Shown here one piece after another: positions 13,101-26,480 of a DNA stretch of 64,000 nt. The position numbers and the translations under genes are program-made. The notes under the pieces are model-generated. The model searched no databases and was not told where the DNA came from. It worked only from the letters and a program-made list of their open reading frames with translations. Origin of the DNA: the human T2T-CHM13v2.0 reference genome, Homo sapiens. Numbering within the stretch: position 1 is the first letter of the stretch; each line of letters begins with the position of its first letter. The stretch lies in NCBI RefSeq assembly GCF_009914755.1, contig NC_060933.1. One strand, written 5' to 3'.

Positions 13101-16100
13101 GAAACACTCTTTCTGTAGTATCTGCAAACGGACATTTCAAGCGCTTTCAGGCCTATGGTAAGAAAGGAAATATCTTCAAATAAAAACTAGACAGAAGCAT
13201 TCTCAGAAACTTATTTGCGATGTGTGTCCTCAACTAACAGAGTTGAACCTTTGTTTTGATACAACATTTTGGAAACACTCTTTTTGTAGAATCTGCAAGT
13301 GGATATTTGGATAGCTTTGAAGGTTTCGTTGGAAACGGGAATATCTTCATATAAAATCAAGACAGAAGCATTCTCAGAAACTTCTCTGTGATGTTTGCAT
13401 TCAACTCATAGAGTTGAACACTTCCCTTCATAGAGCAGGTTTGAAACACTCTTTTTGTAATATTTGGAAGTGGACATTTGCAGCGCTTTGAGGCCTATGT
13501 TGAAAAAGGAAATATCTTCTCCTAAAAACCAGACAGAAGCATTCTCAGAAACTTCCTTGTGATGTGTGTACTCAAGTAACAGAGTTGAACCTTACTTTTG
13601 ACAGAGCCGTTTTGAAACAGTCTTTTTGTAGAATCTGGAAGTAGATATTTGGATACTTTTGAGGATTTCTTTGGAAACGGGATATCTTCATATAAAATCT
13701 AGACAGAAGCATTCTCAGAAACTTCTTTGTGCTGTATGTCCTCAATTAACAGAGTTGAACCTTTGTGTGGATACAGCATTTTGGAAACATTCCTTTAGTA
13801 GAATCTGCAAGTTGATATTTAGATAGCTAGGAAGATTTCCTTGGAAACGGGAATATCTTCATATAAAATCTAGACGGAAGCATTCTCAGAAAGTGCTTTG
13901 TGATGTTTGCATTCAAGTCACAGAGTTGAATATTCCCTTTTATAGAGCAGGTTTGAAACACTCTTTCTGCACTACCTGGAAGTGGACATTTGGAGCGCTT
14001 TGAGGCCTATGTTGAAAAAGGAAATATCTTCCCATAAAAACTAGACAGAAGCATTCTCAGAAACTTGTTTGTGATGTGTGTATTCAACTAACAGAGATGA
14101 ACCTTTCTTTTTACAGAGCAGTTTTGAAACACTCTTTTTGTGGAATCTGAAAGTGGATATTTGGATAGCTTTGAGGATTTCGTTGGAAACGGGATTACAT
14201 ATAAAATCTAGAGAGAAGCATTCTCAGGCACTTCTTTGTGATGTTTGCATTCAAGTCACAGAACTGAACATTCCCTTTCATAGAGCATGTTTGAAACACT
14301 CTTTCTGTAGTATCTGCAAGCGGACGTTTCAAGCGCTTTCAGGCCTATGGTGAGAAAGGGAATATCTTCAAGTAAAAACTAGACAGAAGCATTCTCAGAA
14401 ACTTATTTGCCATGTGTGTTCTCAACTAACAGAGTTGAACCTTTGTTTTGATACGGCATTTTGGAAACACTCTTTTTGTAGAATCTGCAGGTGGATATTC
14501 GGATAGCTTTGAAGGTTTCGTTGGAAACGGGAATATCTTCATATAAAATCTAGACGGAAGCATTCTCAGAAACTGCTTTGTGATGTTTTCATTGAAGTCA
14601 CAGAGTAGAATGTTCCCTTTTATATACCAGGTTTGAGACACTCTTTCTGCACTATCTGGAAGTGGACATTTGGAGCGCTTTGAGGCCTATGATGAAAAAG
14701 GAAATATCTTCCCATAAAAACTAGACAGAAGCATTCTCAGAAACTTGTTTGTGATGTGTGTATTCAACTAACAGAGATGAACCTTTCTTTTTACAGAGCA
14801 GTTTTGAAACAGTCTTTTTGTAGGATCTGGAAGTAGATATTTGGATACCTTTGAGGATTTCTTTGGAAACGGGATATCTTCATATAAAATCTAGACAGAA
14901 GCATTCTCAGAAACTTCTTTGTGCTGTATGTCCTCAATTAACAGAGTTGAACCTTTGTGTGGACACGGCATTTTGGAAACATTCCTTTAGTAGAATCTGC
15001 AAGTTGATATTTAGATAGCTAGGAAGATTTCCTTGGAAACGGGAATATCTTCATATAAAATCTAGACGGAAGCATTCTCAGAAAGTGCTTTGTGATGTTT
15101 GCATTCAAGTCACAGAGTTGAATATTCCCTTTTATAGAGCAGGTTTGAAACACTCTTTCTGCACTACCTGGAAGTGGACATTTGGAGCGCTTTGAGGCCT
15201 ATGTTGAAAAAGGAAATATCTTCCCATAAAAACTAGACAGAAGCATTCTCAGAAACTTGTTTGTGATGTGTGTATTCAACTAACAGAGATGAACCTTTCT
15301 TTTTACAGAGCAGTTTGGAAACACTCTTTTTGTGGAATCTGAAAGTGGATATTTGGATAGCTTTGAGGATTTCGTTGGAAACGGGATTACATATAAAATC
15401 TAGAGAGAAGCATTCTCAGGAACTTCTTTGTGATGTTTGCATTCAAGTCACAGAACTGAACATTCCCTTTCATAGAGCATGTTTGAAACACTCTTTCTGT
15501 AGTATCTGCAAGCGGACGTTTCAAGCGCTTTCAGGCCTATGGTGAGAAAGGAAATATCTTCAAGTAAAAACTAGACAGAAGCATTCTCAGAAACTTATTT
15601 GCCATGTGTGTTCTCAACTAACAGAGTTGAACCTTTGTTTTGATACGGCATTTTGGAAACACTCTTTTTGTAGAATCTGCAGGTGGATATTCGGATAGCT
15701 TTGAAGGTTTCGTTGGAAACGGGAATATCTTCATATAAAATCTAGACGGAAGCATTCTCAGAAACTGCTTTGTGATGTTTTCATTGAAGTCACAGAGTAG
15801 AATGTTCCCTTTTATATACCAGGTTTGAGACACTCTTTCTGCACTATCTGGAAGTGGACATTTGGAGCGCTTTGAGGCCTATGATGAAAAAGGAAATATC
15901 TTCCCATAAAAACTAGACAGAAGCATTCTCAGAAACTTGTTTGTGATGTGTGTATTCAACTAACAGAGATGAACCTTTCTTTTTACAGAGCAGTTTTGAA
16001 ACAGTCTTTTTGTAGAATCTGGAAGTAGATATTTGGATACCTTTGAGGATTTCTTTGGAAACGGGATATCTTCATATAAAATCTAGACAGAAGCATTCTC

Positions 16101-19100
16101 AGAAACTTCTTTGTGCTGTATGTCCTCAATTAACAGATTTGAACCTTTGTGTGGATACGGCATTTTGGAAACATTCCTTTAGTAGAATCTGCAAGTTGAT
16201 ATTTAGATAGCTAGGAAGATTTCCTTGGAAACGGGAATATCTTCATATAAAATCTAGACGGAAGCATTCTCAGAAAGTGCTTTGTGATGTTTGCATTCAA
16301 GTCACAGAGTTGAATATTCCCTTTTATAGAGCAGGTTTGAAACACTCTTTCTGCACTACCTGGAAGTGGACATTTGGAGCGCTTTGAGGCCTATGTTGAA
16401 AAAGGAAATATCTTCCCATAAAAACTAGACAGAAGCATTCTCAGAAACTTCCTTGTGATGTGTGTACTCAAGTAACAGAGTTGAACCTTACTTCTGACAG
16501 AGCCGTTTTGAAACAGTCTTTTTGTAGAATCTGGAAGTAGATATTTGGATACTTTTGAGGATTTCTTTGGAAACGGGATATATTCATATAAAATCTAGAC
16601 AGAAGCATTCTCAGAAACTTCTTTGTGCTGTATGTCCTCAATTAACAGAGTTGAACCTTTGTGTGGATACAGCATTTTGGAAACATTCCTTTAGTAGAAT
16701 CTGCAAGTTGATATTTAGATAGCTAGGAAGATTTCCTTGGAAACGGGAATATCTTCATATAAAATCTAGACGGAAGCATTCTCAGAAAGTGCTTTGTGAT
16801 GTTTGCATTCAAGTCACAGAGTTGAATATTCCCTTTTATAGAGCAGGTTTGAAACACTCTTTCTGCACTACCTGGAAGTGGACATTTGGAGCGCTTTGAG
16901 GCCTATGTTGAAAAAGGAAATATCTTCCCATAAAAACTAGACAGAAGCATTCTCAGAAACTTGTTTGTGATGTGTGTATTCAACTAACAGAGATGAACCT
17001 TTCTTTTTACAGAGCAGTTTTGAAACACTCTTTTTGTGGAATCTGAAAGTGGATATTTGGATAGCTTTGAGGATTTCGTTGGAAACGGGATTACATATAA
17101 AATCTAGAGAGAAGCATTCTCAGGAACTTCTTTGTGATGTTTGCATTCAAGTCACAGAACTGAACATTCCCTTTCATAGAGCATGTTTGAAACACTCTTT
17201 CTGTAGTATCTGCAAGCGGACGTTTCAAGCGCTTTCAGGCCTATGGTGAGAAAGGGAATATCTTCAAGTAAAAACTAGACAGAAGCATTCTCAGAAACTT
17301 ATATGCCATGTGTGTTCTGAACTAACAGAGTTGAACCTTTGTTTGGATACGGCATTTTGGAAACACTCTTTTTGTAGAATCTGCAGGTGGATATTCGGAT
17401 AGCTTTGAAGGTTTCGTTGGAAACGGGAATATCTTCATATAAAATCTAGACGGAAGCATTCTCAGAAACTGCTTTGTGATGTTTTCATTGAAGTCACAGA
17501 GTAGAATGTTCCCTTTTATATACCAGGTTTGAGACACTCTTTCTGCACTATCTGGAAGTGGACATTTGGAGCGCTTTGAGGCCTATGATGAAAAAGGAAA
17601 TATCTTCCCATAAAAAGTAGACAGAAGCATTCTCAGAAACTTGTTTGTGATGTGTGTATTCAACTAACAGAGATGAACCTTTCTTTTTACAGAGCAGTTT
17701 TGAAACAGTCTTTTTGTGGAATCTGGAAGTAGATATTTGGATACCTTTGAGGATTTCTTTGGAAACGGGATATCTTCATATAAAATCTAGACAGAAGCAT
17801 TCTCAGAAACTTCTTTGTGCTGTATGTCCTCAATTAACAGAGTTGAACCTTTGTGTGGATACGGCATTTTGGAAACATTCCTTTAGTAGAATCTGCAAGT
17901 TGATATTTAGATAACTAGGAAGATTTCCTTGGAAACGGGAATATCTTCATATAAAATCTAGACGGAAGCATTCTCAGAAAGTGCTTTGTGATGTTTGCAT
18001 TCAAGTCACAGAGTTGAATATTCCCTTTTATAGAGCAGGTTTGAAACACTCTTTCTGCACTACCTGGAAGTGGACATTTGGAGCGCTTTGAGGCCTATGT
18101 TGAAAAAGGAAATATCTTCCCATAAAAACTAGACAGAAGCATTCTCAGAAACTTGTTTGTGATGTGTGTATTCAACTAACAGAGTTGAACCTTTCTTTTT
18201 ACAGAGCAGTTTTGAAACACTCTTTTTGTGGAATCTGAAAGTGGATATTTGGATAGCTTTGAGGATTTCGTTGGAAACGGGATTACATATAAAATCTAGA
18301 GAGAAGCATTCTCAGGAACTTCTTTGTGCTGTATGTCCTCAATTAACAGAGTTGAACCTTTGTGTGGATACAGCATTTTGGAAACATTCCTTTAGTAGAA
18401 TCTGCAAGTTGATATTTAGATAGCTAGGAAGATTTCCTTGGAAACGGGAATATCTTCATATAAAATCTAGACGGAAGCATTCTCAGAAAGTGCTTTGTGA
18501 TGTTTGCATTCAAGTCACAGAGTTGAATATTCCCTTTTATAGAGCAGGTTTGAAACACTCTTTCTGCACTACCTGGAAGTGGACATTTGGAGCGCTTTGA
18601 GGCCTATGTTGAAAAAGGAAATATCTTCCCATAAAAACTAGACAGAAGCATTCTCAGAAACTTGTTTGTGATGTGTGTATTCAACTAACAGAGATGAACC
18701 TTTCTTTTTACAGAGCAGTTTTGAAACACTCTTTTTGTGGAATCTGAAAGTGGATATTTGGATAGCTTTGAGGATTTCGTTGGAAACGGGATTACATATA
18801 AAATCTAGAGAGAAGCATTCTCAGGAACTTCTTTGTGATGTTTGCATTCAAGTCACAGAACTGAACATTCCCTTTCATAGAGCATGTTTGAAACACTCTT
18901 TCTGTAGTATCTGCAAGCGGACGTTTCAAGCGCTTTCAGGCCTATGGTGAGAAAGGGAATATCTTCAAGTAAAAACTAGACAGAAGCATTCTCAGAAACT
19001 TATATGCCATGTGTGTTCTGAACTAACAGAGTTGAACCTTTGTTTGGATACGGCATTTTGGAAACACTCTTTTTGTAGAATCTGCAGGTGGATATTCGGA

Positions 19101-22100
19101 TAGCTTTGAAGGTTTCGTTGGAAACGGGAATATCTTCATATAAAATCTAGACGGAAGCATTCTCAGAAACTGCTTTGTGATGTTTTCATTGAAGTCACAG
19201 AGTAGAATGTTCCCTTTTATATACCAGGTTTGAGACACTCTTTCTGCACTATCTGGAAGTGGACATTTGGAGCGCTTTGAGGCCTATGATGAAAAAGGAA
19301 ATATCTTCCCATAAAAAGTAGACAGAAGCATTCTCAGAAACTTGTTTGTGATGTGTGTATTCAACTAACAGAGATGAACCTTTCTTTTTACAGACCAGTT
19401 TTGAAACAGTCTTTTTGTGGAATCTGGAAGTAGATATTTGGATACCTTTGAGGATTTCTTTGGAAACGGGATATCTTCATATAAAATCTAGACAGAAGCA
19501 TTCTCAGAAACTTCTTTGTGCTGTATGTCCTCAATTAACAGAGTTGAACCTTTGTGTGGATACGGCATTTTGGAAACATTCCTTTAGTAGAATCTGCAAG
19601 TTGATATTTAGATAACTAGGAAGATTTCCTTGGAAACGGGAATATCTTCATATAAAATCTAGACGGAAGCATTCTCAGAAAGTGCTTTGTGATGTTTGCA
19701 TTCAAGTCACAGAGTTGAATATTCCCTTTTATAGAGCAGGTTTGAAACACTCTTTCTGCACTACCTGGAAGTGGACATTTGGAGCGCTTTGAGGCCTATG
19801 TTGAAAAAGGAATTATCTTCCCATAAAAACTAGACAGAAGCATTCTCAGAAACTTGTTTGTGATGTGTGTATTCAACTAACAGAGTTGAACCTTTCTTTT
19901 TACAGAGCAGTTTTGAAACACTCTTTTTGTGGAATCTGAAAGTGGATATTTGGATAGCTTTGAGGATTTCGTTGGAAACGGGATTACATATAAAATCTAG
20001 AGAGAAGCATTCTCAGGAACTTCTTTGTGATGTTTACATTCAAGTCACAGAACTGAACATTCCCTTTCATAGAGCATGTTTGAAACACTCTTTCTGTAGT
20101 ATCTGCAAGCGGACGTTTCAAGCGCTTTCAGGCCTATGGTGAGAAAGGAAATATCTTCAAGTAAAAACTAGACAGAAGCATTCTCAGAAACTTATTTGCC
20201 ATGTGTGTTCTCAACTAACAGAGTTGAACCTTTGTTTTGATACGGCATTTTGGAAACACTCTTTTTGTAGAATCTGCAGGTGGATATTCGGATAGCTTTG
20301 AAGGTTTCGTTGGAAACGGGAATATCTTCATATAAAATCTAGACGGAAGCATTCTCAGAAACTGCTTTGTGATGTTTTCATTGAAGTCACAGAGTAGAAT
20401 GTTCCCTTTTATATACCAGGTTTGAGACACTCTTTCTGCACTATCTGGAAGTGGACATTTGGAGCGCTTTGAGGCCTATGATGAAAAAGGAAATATCTTC
20501 CCATAAAAACTAGACAGAAGCATTCTCAGAAACTTGTTTGTGATGTGTGTATTCAACTAACAGAGATGAACCTTTCTTTTTACAGAGCAGTTTTGAAACA
20601 CTCTTTTTGTGGAATCTGAAAGTGGATATTTGGATAGCTTTGAGGATTTCGTTGGAAACGGGATTACGTATAAAATCTAGAGAGAAGCATTCTCAGGAAC
20701 TTCTTTGTGATGTTTGCATTCACGTCACAGAACTGAACATTCCCTTTCATAGAGCATGTTTGAAACACTCTTTCTGTAGTATCTGCAAACGGACATTTCA
20801 AGCGCTTTCAGGCCTATGGTAAGAAAGGAAATATCTTCAAATAAAAACTAGACAGAAGCATTCTCAGAAACTTATTTGCGATGTGTGCCCTCAACTAACA
20901 GAGTTGAACCTTTGTTTTGATACAACATTTTGGAAACACTCTTTTTGTAGAATCTGCAAGTGGATATTTGGATAGCTTTGAAGGTTTCGTTGGAAACGGG
21001 AATATCTTCATATAAAATCAAGACAGAAGCATTCTCAGAAACTTCTCTGTGATGTTTGCATTCAACTCATAGAGTTGAACACTTCCCTTCATAGAGCAGG
21101 TTTGAAACACTCTTTTTGTAATATTTGGACGTGGACATTTGCAGCGCTTTGAGGCCTATGTTGAAAAAGGAAGTATCTTCTCCTAAAAACCAGACAGAAG
21201 CATTCTCAGAAACTTCCTTGTGATGTGTGTACTCAAGTAACAGAGTTGAACCTTACTTCTGACAGAGCCGTTTTGAAACAGTCTTTTTGTAGAATCTGGA
21301 AGTAGATATTTGGATACTTTTGAGGATTTCTTTGGAAACGGGATATATTCATACAAAATCTAGACAGAAGCATTCTCAGAAACTTCTTTGTGCTGTATGT
21401 CCTCAATTAACAGAGTTGAACCTTTGTGTGGATACAGCATTTTGGAAACATTCCTTTAGTAGAATCTGCAAGTTGATATTTAGATAGCTAGGAAGATTTC
21501 CTTGGAAACGGGAATATCTTCATATAAAATCTAGACGGAAGCATTCTCAGAAAGTGCTTTGTGATGTTTGCATTCAAGTCACAGAGTTGAATATTCCCTT
21601 TTATAGAGCAGGTTTGAAACACTCTTTCTGCACTACCTGGAAGTGGACATTTGGAGCGCTTTGAGGCCTATGTTGAAAAAGGAAATATCTTCCCATAAAA
21701 ACTAGACAGAAGCATTCTCAGAAACTTGTTTGTGATGTGTGTATTCAACTAACAGAGATGAACCTTTCTTTTTACAGAGCAGTTTTGAAACACTCTTTTT
21801 GTGGAATCTGAACGTGGATATTTGGATAGCTTTGAGGATTTCGTTGGAAACGGGATTACATATAAAATCTAGAGAGAAGCATTCTCAGGAACTTCTTTGT
21901 GATGTTTGCATTCAAGTCACAGAACTGAACATTCCCTTTCATAGAGCATGTTTGAAACACTCTTTCTGTAGTATCTGCAAGCGGACGTTTCAAGCGCTTT
22001 CAGGCCTATGGTGAGAAAGGGAATATCTTCAAGTAAAAACTAGACAGAAGCATTCTCAGAAACTTATATGCCATGTGTGTTCTGAACTAACAGAGTTGAA

Positions 22101-24390
22101 CCTTTTTTTGGATACGGCATTTTGGAAACACTCTTTTTGTAGAATCTGCAGGTGGATATTCGGATAGCTTTGAAGGTTTCGTTGGAAACGGGAATATCTT
22201 CATATAAAATCTAGACGGAAGCATTCTCAGAAACTGCTTTGTGATGATTTCATTGAAGTCACAGAGTAGAATGTTCCCTTTTATATACCAGGTTTGAGAC
22301 ACTCTTTCTGCACTATCTGGAAGTGGACATTTGGAGCGCTTTGAGGCCTATGATGAAAAAGGAAATATCTTCCCATAAAAAGTAGACAGAAGCATTCTCA
22401 GAAACTTGTTTGTGATGTGTGTATTCAACTAACAGAGATGAACCTTTCTTTTTACAGACCAGTTTTGAAACAGTCTTTTTGTGGAATCTGGAAGTAGATA
22501 TTTGGATACCTTTGAGGATTTCTTTGGAAACGGGATATCTTCATATAAAATCTAGACAGAAGCATTCTCAGAAACTTCTTTGTGCTGTATGTCCTCAATT
22601 AACAGAGTTGAACCTTTGTGTGGATACGGCATTTTGGAAACATTCCTTTAGTAGAATCTGCAAGTTGATATTTAGATAACTAGGAAGATTTCCTTGGAAA
22701 CGGGAATATCTTCATATAAAATCTAGACGGAAGCATTCTCAGAAAGTGCTTTGTGATGTTTGCATTCAAGTCACAGAGTTGAATATTCCCTTTTATAGAG
22801 CAGGTTTGAAACACTCTTTCTGCACTACCTGGAAGTGGACATTTGGAGCGCTTTGAGGCCTATGTTGAAAAAGGAAATATCTTCCCATAAAAACTAGACA
22901 GAAGCATTCTCAGAAACTTGTTTGTGATGTGTGTATTCAACTAACAGAGTTGAACCTTTCTTTTTACAGAGCAGTTTTGAAACACTCTTTTTGTGGAATC
23001 TGAAAGTGGATATTTGGATAGCTTTGAGGATTTCGTTGGAAACGGGATTACATATAAAATCTAGAGAGAAGCATTCTCAGGAACTTCTTTGTGATGTTTA
23101 CATTCAAGTCACAGAACTGAACATTCCCTTTCATAGAGCATGTTTGAAACACTCTTTCTGTAGTATCTGCAAGCGGACGTTTCAAGCGCTTTCAGGCCTA
23201 TGGTGAGAAAGGAAATATCTTCAAGTAAAAACTAGACAGAAGCATTCTCAGAAACTTATTTGCCATGTGTGTTCTCAACTAACAGAGTTGAACCTTTGTT
23301 TTGATACGGCATTTTGGAAACACTCTTTTTGTAGAATCTGCAGGTGGATATTCGGATAGCTTTGAAGGTTTCGTTGGAAACGGGAATATCTTCATATAAA
23401 ATCTAGACGGAAGCATTCTCAGAAACTGCTTTGTGATGTTTTCATTGAAGTCACAGAGTAGAATGTTCCCTTTTATATACCAGGTTTGAGACACTCTTTC
23501 TGCACTATCTGGAAGTGGACATTTGGAGCGCTTTGAGGCCTATGATGAAAAAGGAAATATCTTCCCATAAAAACTAGACAGAAGCATTCTCAGAAACTTG
23601 TTTGTGATGTGTGTATTCAACTAACAGAGATGAACCTTTCTTTTTACAGAGCAGTTTTGAAACACTCTTTTTGTGGAATCTGAAAGTGGATATTTGGATA
23701 GCTTTGAGGATTTCGTTGGAAACGGGATTACGTATAAAATCTAGAGAGAAGCATTCTCAGGAACTTCTTTGTGATGTTTGCATTCACGTCACAGAACTGA
23801 ACATTCCCTTTCATAGAGCATGTTTGAAACACTCTTTCTGTAGTATCTGCAAACGGACATTCCAAGCGCTTTCAGGCCTATGATAAGAAAGGAAATATCT
23901 TCAAATAAAAACTAGACAGAAGCATTCTCAGAAACTTATTTGCGATGTGTGTCCTCAACTAACAGAGTTGAACCTTTGTTTTGATACAACATTTTGGAAA
24001 CACTCTTTTTGTAGAATCTGCAAGTGGATATTTGGATAGCTTTGAAGGTTTCGTTGGAAACGGGAATATCTTCATATAAAATCAAGACAGAAGCATTCTC
24101 AGAAACTTCTCTGTGATGTTTGCATTCAACTCATAGAGTTGAACACTTCCCTTCATAGAGCAGGTTTGAAACACTCTTTTTGTAATATTTGGAAGTGGAC
24201 ATTTGCAGCGCTTTGAGGCCTATGTTGAAAAAGGAAATATCTTCTCCTAAAAACCAGACAGAAGCATTCTCAGAAACTTCCTTGTGATGTGTGTACTCAA
24301 GTAACAGAGTTGAACCTTCCTTTTGACAGAGCAGTTTTGAAGCACTCTTTTTGTAGAATCTGCAAGTGGATATTTTGATACCTTTGAGGA

Positions 24391-24407
24391 TTTCGTTGGA
24401 CACGGGA
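24391..24407 (+). promoter_or_regulatory. Variant but intact CENP-B box in an atypical E monomer
   Basis: TTTCGTTGGACACGGGA retains TTCG, the central A and CGGG. The A>C change at 24401 is at a non-essential position. Confidence 0.85.
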
Positions 24408-26480
24408 TATCTTCATATAAAATCTAGACAGAAGCATTCTCAGAAACTTCTTTGTGCTGTATGTCCTCAATTAACAGAGTTGAACCTTTGTGTGGATACA
24501 GCATTTTGGAAACATTCCTTTAGTAGAATCTGCAAGTTGATATTTAGATAGCTAGGAAGATTTCCTTGGAAACGGGAATATCTTCATATAAAATCTAGAC
24601 GGAAGCATTCTCAGAAAGTGCTTTGTGATGTTTGCATTCAATTCACAGAGTTGAATATTCCCTTTTATAGAGCAGGTTTGAAACACTCTTTCTGCACTAC
24701 CTGGAAGTGGACATTTGGAGCGCTTTGAGGCCTATGTTGAAAAAGGAAATATCTTCCCATAAAAACTAGACAGAAGCATTCTCAGAAACTTGTTTGTGAT
24801 GTGTGTATTCAACTAACAGAGATGAACCTTTCTTTTTACAGAGCAGTTTTGAAACACTCTTTTTGTGGAATCTGAAAGTGGATATTTGGATAGCTTTGAG
24901 GATTTCGTTGGAAACGGGATTACATATAAAATCTAGAGAGAAGCATTCTCAGGAACTTCTTTGTGATGTTTGCATTCAAGTCACAGAACTGAACATTCCC
25001 TTTCATAGAGCATGTTTGAAACACTCTTTCTGTAGTATCTGCAAGCGGACGTTTCAAGCGCTTTCAGGCCTATGGTGAGAAAGGAAATATCTTCAAGTAA
25101 AAACTAGACAGAAGCATTCTCAGAAACTTATTTGCCATGTGTGTTCTCAACTAACAGAGTTGAACCTTTGTTTGGATACGGCATTTTGGAAACACTCTTT
25201 TTGTAGAATCTGCAGGTGGATATTCGGATAGCTTTGAAGGTTTCGTTGGAAACGGGAATATCTTCATATAAAATCTAGACGAAAGCATTCTCAGAAACTG
25301 CTTTGTGATGTTTTCATTCAAGTCACAGAGTAGAATGTTCCCTTTTATATACCAGGTTTGAGACACTCTTTCTGCACTATCTGGAAGTGGACATTTGGAG
25401 CGCTTTGAGGCCTATGATGAAAAAGGAAATATCTTCCCATAAAAACTAGACAGAAGCATTCTCAGAAACTTGTTTGTGATGTGTGTATTCAACTAACAGA
25501 GAAGAACCTTTCTTTTTACAGAGCAGTTTTGAAACAGTCTTTTTGTGGAATCTGGAAGTAGATATTTGGATAGCTTTGAGGATTTCTTTGGAAACGGGAT
25601 ATCTTCATATAAAATCTAGACAGAAGCATTCTCAGAAACTTCTTTGTGCTGTATGTCCTCAATTAACAGAGTTGAACCTTTGTGTGGATACGGCATTTTG
25701 GAAACATTCCTTTAGTAGAATCTGCAAGTTGATATTTAGATAGCTAGGAAGATTTCCTTGGAAACGGGAATATCTTCATATAAAATCAAGACAGAAGCAT
25801 TCTCAGAAACTTCTCTGTGATGTTTGCATTCAACTCATAGAGGTGAACACTTCCCTTCATAGAGCAGGTTTGAAACACTCTTTTTGTAATATTTGGAAGT
25901 GGACATTTGCAGCGCTTTGAGGCCTATGTTGAAAAAGGAAATATCTTCTCCTAAAAACCAGACAGAAGCATTCTCAGAAACTTCCTTGTGATGTGTGTAC
26001 TCAAGTAACAGAGTTGAACCTTACTTTTGACAGAGCCGTTTTGAAACAGTCTTTTTGTAGAATCTGGAAGTAGATATTTGGACACCTTTGAGGATTTCTT
26101 TGGAAACGGGATATCTTCATATAAAATCTAGACAGAAGCATTCTCAGAAACTTCTTTGTGCTGTATGTCCTCAATTAACAGAGTTGAACCTTTGTGTGGA
26201 TACAGCATTTTGGAAACACTCCTTTAGTAGGATATGCAAGTTGATATTTAGATAGCTAGGAAGATTTCCTTGGAAACGGGAATATCTTCATATAAAATCT
26301 AGACGGAAGCATTCTCAGAAAGTGCTTTGTGATGTTTGCATTCAAGTCACAGAGTTGAATATTCCCTTTTATAGAGCAGGTTTGAAACACTCTTTCTGCA
26401 CTACCTGGAAGTGGACATTTGGAGCGCTTTGAGGCCTATGTTGAAAAAGGAAATATCTTCCCATAAAAACTAGACAGAAG

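Larger units (their letters stand above)
1..26480 (+). repeat. Structurally heterogeneous HOR domain; unit order (7 partial)-4-3-4-7-7-4-7-4-7-4-7-4-3-4-7-4-3-4-3-EFG-4-3-AFG-4-3-4-7-4-3-4-7-4-6
   Basis: Manual monomer parsing. Unit lengths (680, 512, 1192, 509, 1024) agree with the spacing of the recurring MYSTN ORF starts (unit start = ORF start minus 26). Confidence 0.88.
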
